From positions 155,522,192 to 155,564,236 of the forward strand of contig NC_068983.1 of assembly GCF_001194135.2 (NCBI RefSeq): a stretch of DNA of 42,045 bases, in the 5' to 3' direction. Numbering within the stretch: position 1 is the first letter of the stretch; each line of letters opens with the position of its first letter. The notes beneath the pieces were generated by a model. The model did no database searches. It was not told the origin of the DNA and saw nothing but the letters and a program-made list of their open reading frames with translations. The translations under genes and the position numbers were made by a program. Shown here in pieces: positions 21,378 through 34,989 of this stretch. The stretch comes from Octopus bimaculoides (Eukaryota).

Positions 21378-22295
21378 GGTTTAAGAAGAGACAAAATTTA
21401 GATAATCATCCTATAGTTATGATTTACGTCAGCATAAAATACATATAACACTATTGTGTTACACCAAGACAAGGAACATATCAATATATTATTTAGAATA
21501 GAGTTAAAAAATACGAGGTAAAAATATACGTGAAAAGGATAAAGAGTGATATATCGATTAAAAAATCATATAAAATTTAAGATTAAAAATGTTGAATTAA
21601 GAATTAAAAGTTGTAAGATACAACGACAGCAGAGAAATCTTAATGATGGATTTAAAAGGCAGAGAAATAATAAGGATAAATTTGTTTTAGTTCTAAAGAA
21701 AGTTAATCTCCCATCATTCTACACTAAAAACTGTGATTCATTGCAAAAGTGGTCGGTATCTGATGCAGTAGCCGACGACCAACATAAAGTAACCTTAAAT
21801 TATCCTTTCTCCTATATTTTTTCGAATCTTGCTATCTATTTCTTTATTTCCTGAAGAAGTGGACATTGTCAGTGTGGAACAAAAGGATTCATACCTTGTA
21901 GACAAATGGACTCCAGAAACGGCATTCGAAATACATTTTATATAGCGCTATAACCCTCTATAAACATTTCTTTAGAACTCTTAAAACAAATTATCCTTAT
22001 TATTTCTCTGATTTTTAAATCCATCATTAAAAGTTTTTTGCCGTCGATGTATCTTATATTTAATTCTTAATTCAACATTTTTAATTTTAAATTTAATATG
22101 ATTTTTAATCGATGTATCACTCTTTATTTATTTATCCTTTTCACTTATATTTTTACCTCATGTATTTCATATTTCTATTCTAAATAATATATTGATATGT
22201 TCCTTTTTCTTGATGTATTTATTGTTATATGTATTTTATGATGAGGTAAATCATAACTATAAGATGATCATCTAAATTTCGTCTCTTCTTAAACC
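21378..22295. mobile_element. Long inverted-repeat element (~330-bp arms, ~260-bp spacer containing a hammerhead-like motif)
   Basis: GGTTTAAGAAGAGACAAAATTTAGAT... at 21378 is the reverse complement of ...ATCTAAATTTCGTCTCTTCTTAAACC at 22295. Pairing continues to about 21705/21965. Confidence 0.88.
21845..21933 (+). ncRNA. Degenerate hammerhead ribozyme motif with long stem II loop
   Basis: TATTTC-CTGAAGA-AG-TGGA...TCCA-GAAA-CGGCAT-T-C-GAAATA. Stem I is 6 bp perfect; stem II lacks the closing C; stem III is imperfect. Confidence 0.55.
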
Positions 22296-22368
22296 AAGTT
22301 ATATAATGTTTCGGGTTCGACCTGAGCACTTCTAAGCAATTGTGTGAAAAACTTTTTTCGAAAGAAAG

Positions 22369-22411
<43 letters not shown>

Positions 22412-23337
22412 ATTATATGAGTATATGCATATATATGTACATGTATGTATATACGTTCATCCACATGTAGATATAGATACATAACTGGGTACATGACGTG
22501 GCAAAAGAACAAGGACAAAAATGGTAAACAAGGTGCAACAAACAAACAAAAAGGCTGTACAGCCNNNNNNNNNNNNNNNNNNNNNNNNNNNNNNNNNNNN
22601 NNNNNNNNNNNNNNNNNNNNNNNNNNNNNNNNNNNNNNNNNNNNNNNNNNNNNNNNNNNNNNNNNNNNNNNNNNNNNNNNNNNNNNNNNNNNNNNNNNNN
22701 NNNNNNNNNNNNNNNNNNNNNNNNNNNNNNNNNNNNNNNNNNNNNNNNNNNNNNNNNNNNNNNNNNNNNNNNNNNNNNNNNNNNNNNNNNNNNNNNNNNN
22801 NNNNNNNNNNNNNNNNNNNNNNNNNNNNNNNNNNNNNNNNNNATATTTACTGGATTGCAAATCACGGCACCGTATAAAAAAAACATTCGCACCGAAAGTA
22901 TATAGAAAGTTTGCATAAAAACAAATACGAACTAATATATAGTTCTTAAATTTGACAGAAACGGGGAGGCTGATTCGCTGATTAAAACATAAATGGACGC
23001 AAACACAATTTGTTCGATGATCTACCGATTCTGCGAACCGACGGCTTTTCACTATATACAGAAATAATTGTTTCGAAATTAGGCGCATTATGAAGAAAGC
23101 ACGTTAGATCGATGCCACCGACTTCTGTACTTGGCTAGTACTATTATCGATCCCGGTGGGATGAAAAACAAAGTTCATCTGAACACGAAATGTAATGAGC
23201 TGGGACAAAAACTGCAATGTATTTTCAATGGCGCTCGAAAAATTTTGCCCAGCTGTCACCCTTAAAGGCGCAAGTAATGTTATGTAATCATGATATATAT
23301 AGCATTGGCTGTTATGACTAAAATAAAATGAAGATCT

Positions 23338-23720
23338 GTGGAGGCGCAATGGCCCAGTGGTTAGGGCAGCGGACTCGCGGTCATACGATCGCGGTTTCGA
23401 TTCCCAGACCGGGCGTTGTGAGTGTTTATTGAGTGAAAACACCTAAAGCTCCACAAGGTTCCGGCAGGGCATGGTGGTGAACCCTGCTGTACTCTTTCAC
23501 CACAACTTTCTCTTACTTCCTGCTTCTGTTGTGCCCGTATTTCAAAGGGTCAGCCTTGTCACACTGTGTTACGCTGTATATCCCCGAGAACTACGTTAAG
23601 GTTACACGTGTCTGTGGAGTGCTCAGCCACTTGCACGTTAATTTTACGAGCAGGTTGTTCCGTTGATCGGATCAACTGGAACCTTCGACGTCGTAAGCGA
23701 CTGAGTGCCAACAACAACAA
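23338..23720 (+). mobile_element. Family B SINE, full length
   Basis: GTGGAGGCGCAATGGCCCAGTGG...GTGCC(AAC)n. Degenerate TSD AAAA(C)TGAA(G/A)ATCT. Confidence 0.93.
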
Positions 23721-24112
23721 AAACTGAAAATCTAATAAAAGCAACGTAGATACAGGACCACAGTTTTCGCGGGAACAAATGCTTGATTATATCGCGTTCT
23801 TATCTTAGTAATTTTGGAATGCTGAAAGGTAAAGTCAACCTCAGTGAAATCTGAAATATAAATTTGTCAAAAGCCAATACTGCAAACTTTATGTAAACTT
23901 TCTGTTAGCTCTACATTGAAGTTAGCTGATGTTTTATAAACCTTCTTTTCATCAAATATTACCCCTGTGCAAGTCTAAAAATATAAGTCTTTAGTCGTTA
24001 GAAAAAGGTGGTGCCATGAAACTAAGAGTAACGATGTAACGATAATGTAGAATCTATTCCTTAACATACACATATATTTACATGTACATGTACATATTCC
24101 TTTCCATATCGG

Positions 24113-24194
24113 TTAACACTGATGAGTGTAAAGTTATATAATCGGATTGTAACCTAACATTCCATTGTATTCTTTACGCGAAACCGATTGTTAA
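24113..24194 (+). ncRNA. Hammerhead ribozyme motif with 8-bp stem II and 38-nt loop
   Basis: TTAACA-CTGATGA-GTGTAAAG...CTTTACGC-GAAA-CCGAT-TGTTAA. Stem I is 6 bp; stem III ACCGAT is one change from the palindrome ACCGGT. Confidence 0.65.
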
Positions 24195-24251
24195 GCTCAG
24201 CCGTGATGGATATTCAATACTGTACATTTCAGATAATGTTTACACACACAA

Positions 24252-24291
<40 letters not shown>

Positions 24292-25342
24292 TATTGATGC
24301 CACATACTCAACGTATGCAGTTATTTCATCGAAAGTGGGTGAATTCAAAATATCAGGAGATATTTCTAACTCTTTTCTCACAGAAAATTTTCTTCCATGC
24401 ATCATATTAAATTTCGAAATCTTCAATTTGACAAGTGCTTTGTCACTGGTGGAGCTTTTTGGCTATAATATAGTTTGATTATGTTATGTATGTATACATG
24501 TACGTATGTACGTATGTATGTATGTATGCATGTATGTATGTATGTATGTATGTATGAATGTATTTATGTATTATGTATGTATGTATGTATGTATGTATGT
24601 ATGTATCTATCTATATATATTATTACCTTTGATGGTTTTTATTCCCATGCTGACCACTTGATAAGATCAATATTTTAAATATCGATCTTGTCCTTATTTA
24701 TATAAATATAAGTTTATCAGTGTATTTACTGCGCTGATATTCTGTCCGGATCACACGAAAGGTTGTTTAGGCGGGCTATTTAAGCTAGTCGTGTGCATAC
24801 GTGCATATATATGTATATATGCGTCCGTATATGTAAGTATACTGTTTATATACATGTATTTGTATTTATGTNNNNNNNNNNNNNNNNNNNNNNNNNNNNN
24901 NNNNNNNNNNNNNNNNNNNNNNNNNNNNNNNNNNNNNNNNNNNNNNNNNNNNNNNNNNNNNNNNNNNNNNNNNNNNNNNNNNNNNNNNNNNNNNNNNNNN
25001 NNNNNNNNNNNNNNNNNNNNNNNNNNNNNNNNNNNNNNNNNNNNNNNNNNNNNNNNNNNNNNNNNNNNNNNNNNNNNNNNNNNNNNNNNNNNNNNNNNNN
25101 NNNNNNNNNNNNNNNNNNNNNNNNNNNNNNNNNNNNNNNNNNNNNNNNNNNNNNNNNNNNNNNNNNNNNNNNNNNNNNNNNNNNNNNNNNNNNNNNNNNN
25201 NNNNNNNNNNNNNNNNNNNNNNNNNNNNNNNNNNNNNNNNNNNNNNNNNNNNNNNNNNNNNNNNNNNNNNNNNNNNNNNNNNNNNNNNNNNNNNNNNNNN
25301 NNNNNNNNNNNNTATATAATGTAATATATATATATATGTGAA

Positions 25343-25374
<32 letters not shown>

Positions 25375-26229
25375 CGTATATATACACATGTCCGCGTCTT
25401 TGTATATTGATTGCTTCTTACACAGGAGCCACGTTTCTTGCTTTACTACGTTTGTAGTCGAACGTTAATTACATCTATACAGAATGATTCCAATGGGACA
25501 AGTTTATAAACGTCTTACGAGAATTGTTTCAGTTTTTCTTTATGACAACTAATTTCTGAAGTCGAAGAATGATTCTCCATTGTGTGTGTATGTGTGAGTG
25601 TGTGTTTGTGTTTGTGTGTGTTTGTGTTTGTGTGTGTATTGCCTTATCTTGGATCCTCAAATTCCGATTGAGTCGTAGGGAAACCAACATGATATATAGA
25701 ACGGTAGTGTTCTCCTGTCGCATTTATGTACCAGAGCTTGGGTTCTCATCAGCGATTTGGCTGTCCACTCTTTAATACTGTCCTTTTTCTCTCTACTTCT
25801 TTCTCCTCCAGGGACCTGTTGAAAAAAAAATTTTGCATGGACATTAGACTTTGTCATTTGGCCATGATATCCCAGCCTTTTTTTTCACCGTTATGGCAAG
25901 ACGTATTGTTAACACAGCTCACTATTTTGGCAGAGAAGCTTATACATATGTTCCGATGAACTTATAATGGTGTTTGTGCAGAGAAAGCGCCACATGGGTA
26001 GTAATCATATTTACATGCACCCGTTTAATTTTGCATTTGCCGACTGTATTATATGTCCTTGTTAGATCTACAAGGTGGGATAAGTATCATAGATCGTCAT
26101 ATAAAAAGAAATGTGCAATAGAAAATATTAGTTCATACTTTTGCTCTTTTTGGACCTTTTTAGTGTAGTGCAGGGAAATGTGGAAGATAGTTGACACATG
26201 CTTTCAGTAAGGCAAGCCTTGTTCCATCT

Positions 26230-27030
26230 AATGTTTCAAAGCTTGTTACAAGCAAAGAGGAGTGATCTCTTACATGTTAAGATGTCTTAGTTTCCTTCAG
26301 TTTATGACATCGTTGGAGTAAATTGGCGAACAGCTTTATTTTATTCATCTTTGGATTGTAAAACAGACCGCTTCTGATTGCAGCATCTTCAAGAGATGTC
26401 TTGGACGTCATAATTTTGATGAACTGTGGACCAAAATATGCAAAGTGCATGCCTAGGCAAGCAAGCTTACTATGGAAAACTAGTACATGACCAAGCATGC
26501 AAGCCCTTCCTCTTTACATTTCCAACGTTGGCTATGCAAATGCTAAGGCCCAGACAGCTTGGTATCATTGTCGGCTCTACCCCGTCCAATACGCCAATCC
26601 GACAAGATGAAAGGCAAATATAGTGTGGGTGGGAAATGAAGTCAGCATGATGAGGACCAGAGTAAACTCTAGTTTTGTGTCGGAGGCCCAATTAGCCCTT
26701 CGCAGGAGCCACCTTAAAATGTCCGCACGCAGTGCGGCTTTTAAACTAGTCCGTAATATATTGTGGAAGCAGTCAAGTTGGTGATTCGTCTGTCTGCGCG
26801 AATCAGTTCGTCCACTCACTTGTGATTCATATTAGTGGTCGCATTTGATGGTCTTCCACTGTTTGGTTTGTTTCCTTTCTTTAAGCATCATGCATCTGTG
26901 CACATCATGCTTGTCGATGATGTCACCTCCGTAAACAATTCAAATAACCTGCCTCCTTCTTTTGCGAAGAATTCATGTGGCAACGGTGCCTCTATTTGGA
27001 ACCCATTGATTTCTTGCAACGAATGAGTAC
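26230..27030 (-). mobile_element. Decayed RTE-clade (BovB-like) reverse transcriptase fragment
   Basis: Minus-strand pieces in the expected order: NGFQIEAPLPHEFFAKEGGRLFELF (cf. GxDGIPAExFKxGG), CLKKGNK (cf. LxKKGD), ICIANVGNVKRKG (cf. VTNGVKQG), DAAIRSGLFYN (cf. IRxRxDGxLFN). Confidence 0.62.
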
Positions 27031-27117
27031 AAGGAGAGTTATTTTAGAGGAAGAAATAACCTAGAAACATGTAAAATACGAACAACCTATGATAGATAAT
27101 AAAATAGCCATTCATTT

Positions 27118-27371
27118 ATTCTTTTATTTGTTTCAGTCATTTGACTGCGGCTATGCTGGAGCACCACCTTGGAGGATTTTAGTCGAACAAATCGACCCCA
27201 AGACTTATTTTTATGATCCTAGTAGTTAGTCTATCGGTTTCTTTTACCGACCCGCTAAGTTACGAGGACGTAAACACACCAACTCCGGTTGTCAGGCAGT
27301 GGAGAAGGGGAACAAACACAGGTACAAAGACACACACATAGATAGATACATACATACACACTCACCCCCCC

Positions 27372-27411
<40 letters not shown>

Positions 27412-27569
27412 ACAGGCTTCTTGCAGTTTCCGTCTAACAAATCCACTCACAAGACTTTAGGTCGACCCGAGGCTAAAGTAGAAAGACTTGCCCAAAGCAC
27501 CACGTAGTGGGACTGAACCCGGAACCATGTGATTGGGAAGCAAGCTTTTTATCACACAGTCACACCTGC
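27118..27569 (-). mobile_element. Family C SINE, near full length
   Basis: Colinear with 41729-42045, with an internal (CA)/(TA) tract and a tRNA-like head at about 27500-27569. Confidence 0.9.
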
Positions 27570-28530
27570 TCACATTTTTTGCATTACTTTCATTACACCC
27601 TTCGTGACCGCATAAAATAGCCCAACAATAGCAGAGGAATCTAATTTTTAACTGAGAGAAAGGGGCAAGATTACATTGGTTGGAAGAATGGAACACACAC
27701 TATAGGGTTTGGTGCAGAGACTGAATACCCAGGCACCTAGTCTGTGCATAAAACATTCTTGATAGCGTGTTTGCTTACTGAATTACAGGTACGTTAATAG
27801 TATTTTACTTCAACGATATACTCTATTACGGAATATATACTACCAATATTGTACATATAGACATGTGAGTACAACTAGACTATGTATACAATACCTTAGA
27901 GGGCAGAAAATAATGCGATTGATCCGTCTATTTTGTTGACTACGAAGATATTTCAAACAAAAGTAAAGTTTTTACATTTATCTTTTACACAGTGTTGGCT
28001 AAAATTTATAGACACATTGTTCTGAAGTATAGTAGAATATTGAAATAAATTACTCTAAACGCTCCAGTAATACATACATATATTCATACCTGTACATACT
28101 TATACACACACACATACACACACACTTACACGCTCACACATATATGTAGTTGTTTGTTACTTCCGGTAGACTAATTTTCGTCATATTTTCTTTCGTTCTT
28201 GTCGGATTTCTTGTTATTTAGGTGTTTGTGTAACGCGTCATTTCACTTTTCTCATTCAGTCTCCGTCTTTTCCTATTTTTGTGTATAATTTTATCATTCA
28301 TTGTTAGTTCTTGTCTACACAAAACTAATTCTGCTTTATATAAGACCAATTATCTGCTTCGATTTCTCTTATTTACAGCATAACTACGCCAGAAACATAT
28401 GGCTAAGTTGCTCTCACGCATGTCTGATCTGAACGATAATAGACTAGCCTCTCAAATGCCACCGCCATTTCTTTCTCTTAATTCTCTGTGATTTTCAAAT
28501 ATTTTCTCGGAAACTATCAAATTTCGCATC

Positions 28531-28593
<63 letters not shown>

Positions 28594-28984
28594 GTATGTA
28601 TGTATGTAAAAACCGTTTTTTCTTGCTATTTGTTATTAATATCATGTTGTCTTTCAAAATTTTTGGCGTTTTACGTTTGGGCGTTTATTTATTACGCCAT
28701 TTTGCTTTCGTATTCATATCTTTTTCTTTGCTTTGCTTTTCTTTTCTTTCTTTTTTTTTTTGCAGTCGTGAAAAACAAAAACAGTAAAAATGCATATTTC
28801 AAAGTTAAAATGAAGCTGTAAGCCTATTCCATCGAAGTCCATATTACGCTTGCAAGTGTCCACTGAGCAAGTGACATCTATTTAACCTTAGGTTGACTGA
28901 TACCATGTAAAGGGAGTTTGACTGACGAAACGTTAACAGTACAGAGGCGCACACACGTAACACCCCTCTTCCACACATGTATAT

Positions 28985-29147
28985 ACAACGGTTTTCTTAA
29001 ATCTTCCACCTACCAAATCCACTCACAGAGTTTTGGTTGTCCCTGAGGTATAGTAAACGACACTTGCCCAAAGTGCCACGCAGTAGAGCTGAAACCGAAA
29101 CCATGTGGTTGGGAAGCTTCTATCTTACCACACAAGCATACCTACGT
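28985..29147 (-). mobile_element. Family C SINE 5' part
   Basis: CCAAATCCACTCAC...GACACTTGCCCAAAGTGCCACGCAGT...ACCATGTGGTTGGGAAG. Confidence 0.85.
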
Positions 29148-29616
29148 ATAGAAACATGGCTCCGGGAAATTTTATTTATGTTTTTACTTGATTGACGACA
29201 TATTCGTTCGGACGCATTTGCTTTGATCTGTTTCCATTTGATGCTAACCTATTTTCTCAAATATTCACGCGCTGTGAATACACGTCGTCTGGACATATAT
29301 TCGCAGGCCTAATCACGATTTCTTAGTCTTAGTTTGGTAGAATTTCAGTGACCCCGAAGAGGTGTAAAGCGAAGTTGACTGCAGCGGGATCGGAACTGAG
29401 ACTGCTGTTAATTGAAAAGTGTTAACGAATTTACTACTTTCATGTCTGTAATAACTACAATGAGCATACAACAAATGATATCCATGTAAACGGTATTTCT
29501 CCCAAGATGAACAATACGCTTAAATAGTAAAACTTACCCTGAAATTTGGTTAAATACACACGCACACATGTATAAGCATACACACGCACACGCACACTCA
29601 CGCACGCCCACGCACG

Positions 29617-29674
<58 letters not shown>

Positions 29675-29802
29675 TGAATTTGATAGGAATTTATGGAAAG
29701 CTATCGAAATCTTTTCCAAGAAATTACATCGTTATATATTCACCAAAAGCTTATTCATACATGTATACATACATATATAATACATACACACACCACACAC
29801 AT

Positions 29803-29868
29803 GCATACACACACGCGTTTGCATACACACACGCGTTTGCATACACACACGCGTTTGCATACACACAC
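29803..29868. repeat. 18-bp tandem repeat (3.7 copies)
   Basis: GCATACACACACGCGTTT x3 plus a partial copy. Confidence 0.95.
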
Positions 29869-30260
29869 ATAAATTGCATATGTAATCAAAATGCAGGATG
29901 GATATGCTCCTGTAAAAATATGAAAATCAAAAAAATCATCCTACGCAATCAACCCAAAACTTACACTGAAATATGAACTCAAATATGTCCTTATATATAT
30001 ATATATATACATAGATATATATATACATATCACATGCAATTCTACACTTATATCAACATGTATATTAGCAGGTGTTGTGTATGGATAAGTTTTGTTCTCT
30101 TTATGGCTTGTTGTTCACGATTCTGACAATCTCCTGATGAATGTTATCTCGTCTCCTCGTTGTGAAACTAATTACCGAATTCTTTGAATACGTTAATCTG
30201 AAATATTCCCAAGATTGGAACAATAAATTCTAAAGCTGGAACGCAATGCAATACTAATTA

Positions 30261-30261
<1 letters not shown>

Positions 30262-30325
<64 letters not shown>
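30262..30325. repeat. (ATCT)n tetranucleotide microsatellite
   Basis: Read directly. Confidence 0.97.
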
Positions 30326-30704
30326 GTATGTATGTATATATGTATAGATGTATGTTTATATATGTATGTATCTGTCTGTCCATCTTCCTGTTTGTCTGTT
30401 AGTCTCTCTATCTGTCCACATGTCCATTTATCTATCTAGCTGGGTCTAATATTCTTAGGCACAAATGCGTACACGTGTGTATATGAAATGTATATATATG
30501 TTAGTATGAATATGTATGTATATATANNNNNNNNNNNNNNNNNNNNNNNNNNNNNNNNNNNNNNNNNNNNNNNNNNNNNNNNNNNNNNNNNNNNNNNTAT
30601 ATATATGAGTGTGTGTGTGTATATGTATATATGTATGTGTATGCATGTATGTATGTATGTTTGTATATATATATATATGTATATACATACATGCATATGC
30701 ATAG

Positions 30705-30737
<33 letters not shown>

Positions 30738-32009
30738 TGTATGTATGAATGTATGTATGTATATATGCGTGTATGTATGTATATATGTATGTACATGTGG
30801 GTGTGTACATACGTCTGGTTCAGTATGTATATGAATTTACGATGTAATTACATTTACAGGAGTTCATTGGAGTAGTGGCGTTTGCATGCATTTATGTGTG
30901 TATATACAAGTGTGTGCTTATGTGCGTGAGTGTGTGTGTATGAGTGTGGGTGTTGACATATGTCTGCGAGAGGCAGAGCTCAACATCATTTTCTTTGATC
31001 TCCCTCATTGATATGGATCCATTCTCATGAATATCATGTTATATTTGTTCTCGTCTATACGTACCGCTATAGATACACACATAGACACATATATGCGTAA
31101 CGCTTATAAGCATATATATATGTAAATATATTCGCTACATCTATATACATACACACATACATTGTTATGAACAGAATTCATTATTAATGTGGAAGACGGT
31201 GGGTTTTCTTTATGATATACATAGATCGATTTGAAATCTATTCTTCATCACTATAGTATTGTAAATGATTGATGAAATTTAAATTTGAAAAGAATTTTTT
31301 TCCATTACCGTCTTATTTGAAGTTTATTTTCATTATACATTTTCATTATTAATTTTAATTATTGCTTACTATCTACATTATTATATTTCATTATTCTTTC
31401 ATAGGTCATAAACAGTTTATTCAACGCTACGCTAGGAAGAAAATAAAATGTTATGTATAGAGTTAAAGAGTTTTAAAGATTAAAATAAATTCTGCGTTCG
31501 TTATTTCTTATTGTATTTTATTATAGCCCTTATTTAGCATTTCAACTATATATATCTCACCTATTAAGCTCAAAAGGCAATCTTATGAGTCACACAACAA
31601 TTTCTTTAGAGATTATTTTCCTTTATTTCTTAGCATCTTTCTTCCAATAAATTCCAATTAATTCGCTTGTCTCCTGTCCGGGTCGGACGGAGCAACTTTA
31701 CTTTGAAGACGTACTCTAACCGTAATGATCCTTTTATTTTGTTTATCGAGCACTAGTTTATGTCTTCTTCCCTATCCTTAAATGCGATTTGAGTGATATT
31801 TACTTGCTATTTCTAGCAGGCCTTTGCAGTCACAGAGAGACTTCCTTTGCTAGGTTTATAGCTCACTTGCTCATCCAGTGGGAAAGAAAATCATGACATG
31901 ACAAAACATTCTTTTAGTCTTAAGCCTGAAGATTAAGTTAAAATTCACTTGTGTACAGAACAGAAACAAAATGTTATCTGCACTCTCTCTGACTACCATG
32001 TCATCTCTC

Positions 32010-32057
<48 letters not shown>

Positions 32058-32284
32058 TTCTTTATTTATCTGTCTCTATCTCTCTATATCTGTATCACCC
32101 GCTTCATTATTATCATTTATACAGCTCAATGCCAGTACAAACTAAACCATCCCGACTCCGTTTACGCGGTTACTCTAACAATGATTTNNNNNNNNNNNNN
32201 NNNNNNNNNNNNNNNNNNNNNNNNNNNNNNNNNNNNNNNNNNNNNNNNNNNNNNNNNNNNNNNNNNNNNNNNNNNNNNNNNNNN

Positions 32285-32362
<78 letters not shown>

Positions 32363-32634
32363 TATTTGATTGAGTCAATGCACTGAAGAGGTGCGTGATT
32401 AGCTCACTGAAACGTGTGTACATAAAGATATAAGAATATACAAACGTTTTCTGCTTTATTTCTATTTGATGTAGCTCGCACGCTGCATTTTAACCGAGTA
32501 GATTTAAATGAATAAATTTGTATGAGTTTAACTTGAAATGTACGTATAACTAGCGTATAGGGTTTAATGTATACGATTTAGTACTGGACCCTAAGCATAT
32601 TGATAATGTGTTCACAGTTGTATATGGTTAATTA

Positions 32635-33157
32635 TCTTATAATAATGCTGCTAGTTCCTCCGTTACTTAGTCCGTCCGTAACGATTCCACGTGCTTTGTT
32701 GACTGGGAAGGGGGAGGTATGAGAGGAGTGGGAAGAAGAGGGAGAGGGGAGGGAGAGGGAGAAGTGGTGGTGAGTGGAATGGGTAATCTTTTTAAACTAA
32801 GTTTCTTTTTCCGTTACTTAGCCCGTCTGTAACGCTTTCACGCGATTAGTTGAAGGGAAACGCCAAGAGCGAAAGAAAAAGGAGAAAGAAAATGAGGCTA
32901 AGGTAAAGTGCGAGAGAGAGAAAAAAGGAGAGTGCTGTGTATTAAGTCTATAAAATTATGCATAAAGTATATAAAGTGTGTTTATAAAGAGCATGAAGTA
33001 ATCATCGTATTCCAATTTCCTTCACTTATCAATGGAGCGACCATCTTTTGATGCAGACACAACACACACTACACTTTAACGTTTTTTGGATAAAGTTTTC
33101 AGAAATAACCCAATAAGTTTACCATTAATTCTGTGGAATATTCACGGGCCCCGCTAG
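32635..33157 (+). mobile_element. Candidate non-autonomous Helitron
   Basis: A|TCTTATAATAAT 5' end and CTAG|T 3' end (33154-33158), preceded by the hairpin CTGTG(gaatatt)CACGG. Internal ~50-bp diverged direct repeat at 32660 and 32811. Confidence 0.55.
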
Positions 33158-33479
33158 TACTCATAAATAGGTATACCCGCACAGACAGACATGCAAACAT
33201 GCAGAGACAAATATACGCACCAGTCTATCATTTAAACACATTCTATATACCACTTATTAAAAACTTAGTGACCGGCATATCTGCAGTGAACATTCAGCAA
33301 CGTATCATATATGAACATAAAACCATGGCGCCTATAGTTTACAATTAAGGTTTTACATTCCACTCGTCCAATCCTCTTAATACTGTAACTGGATTTTAAA
33401 TTTTTGCTTGCCTACGATCCAATTTCCTCTCCACCAAACCAGCGCTTGATTTTCGACCTCTGTACATATTTCCCCTTCT

Positions 33480-33916
33480 CATGGCCGGATTAAGATCCCT
33501 CGGGGCCCTAAGCACTTAAAAGATTTTGGTGCCCCATGAAAGATTATGTAATTCAAAATATAAACAATAACGAGCCATAAAATAGATTTTCATTTTTCAA
33601 AAAGAAACAAAATAGTAAGAGGGGAAAATAATGTTTATTTTTGTATACTTCCACTTCATTTATATTTGAAAAGTTTCCTCCAACCTTTTTGAATTGCAGA
33701 GTCTTCAATCAGGTCCTCAAAATTAATCTTACGTAACACATCTGCATCTATACTTAGTAGAGATAAAAGCATCCCGAATATTATTTTAGCAAATTTACAA
33801 TGATTTTAAAGGGATTTCTTTTGTGCCGTAAGCTATTTACCATTTCTGTGGTGATCCTTTCTTCACTTGATGCCCTAAGCACGTGCTTATTTTGCATAAT
33901 GGCTAATCCAACGTAA
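33480..33916. mobile_element. Candidate DNA-transposon MITE
   Basis: Left end CATGGCCGGATTAA, degenerate right end GGCTAATCCAAC, subterminal GCCCTAAGCAC at both ends (33505 and 33872). No clear TSD. Confidence 0.42.
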
Positions 33917-34383
33917 TTCCTTCCATTTTGTTTGAACTCCCTCTCCTGAGTTTCCTTTACACATGATATCCTGTTTGCGCATGCATTCTCACGTTGCATT
34001 GCGATCCCCAATCAGTCGCTTTTACTAGCGGTCGAACAGAGGGTGTAAAACAGTTGTACCTTCCCTCTTTTCCCTTCTGTTCTCTATTTTAAAGCAAAAC
34101 TTTATGTCTGAAACGTCAAACACTTAATCCACCACAAGATAGTAACTTAATTTTTAGTTTCTTTTTGTCTTTGTTCCTTACTCTCCTCTCATATATATAT
34201 GTACATATATATATATACATACATATATATGCATGNNNNNNNNNNNNNNNNNNNNNNNNNNNNNNNNNNNNNNNNNNNNNNNNNNATATATATATATATA
34301 TATATATACATACATATATATATATATATGTATGGTGCATCAGCATGGCCGCAGCTCTAAGCTGAAACTTTAAAAAAAATTTT

Positions 34384-34427
<44 letters not shown>

Positions 34428-34882
34428 ATATTTCAGCATTATGTATAATGCACTCTTGTGCAACATGCACACATAACCCATCCCCACTACCACTATTCAC
34501 ACAGACACACGTGCACTCACACAAAGATACACACGCGCACGCACACCACACACATTCATACATTTAGAACAGAGGATTGGTAGTATTGTTGGACAAAATG
34601 CCTTGTGGTATTTTCTTCCAGCCATTTACGTTCTCAGCTTGAATACCAGCGAGGTCAACTTAACCTCACATCCTTTCGGATGAATTGAATTTGACTAGCC
34701 TATTGACTCACACTCTCTGACGTCTCTGTCAGAAGCGATTTTATATATATGTGTGCGTGTGTGAGTGTGCACCTTTATATATATGTATATATATAGATAT
34801 ATACATATTTACATATATATGTATATACACATGCATATATATACATATACATACATATATATATATACACAGACATATATAT

Positions 34883-34989
<107 letters not shown>

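Noticed and set aside
22300-22340. Minus-strand CTTAGAAG...CCCGAAACATT next to the inverted repeat
   Set aside because: The core is too degenerate (no CUGANGA) to call a ribozyme.
25735-25760. Minus-strand CTGATGAG (also CTGATGAA at about 11539-11546)
   Set aside because: No paired stem II followed by GAAA downstream.
27640-27796. Possible exon ending at CAG|GTACGT
   Set aside because: No convincing acceptor, all frames close early, and the peptide is unrecognised.
30132-30180. CTGATGAA...GAAACTAATT hammerhead-like spacing
   Set aside because: Neither stem I nor stem II can be paired in this copy.
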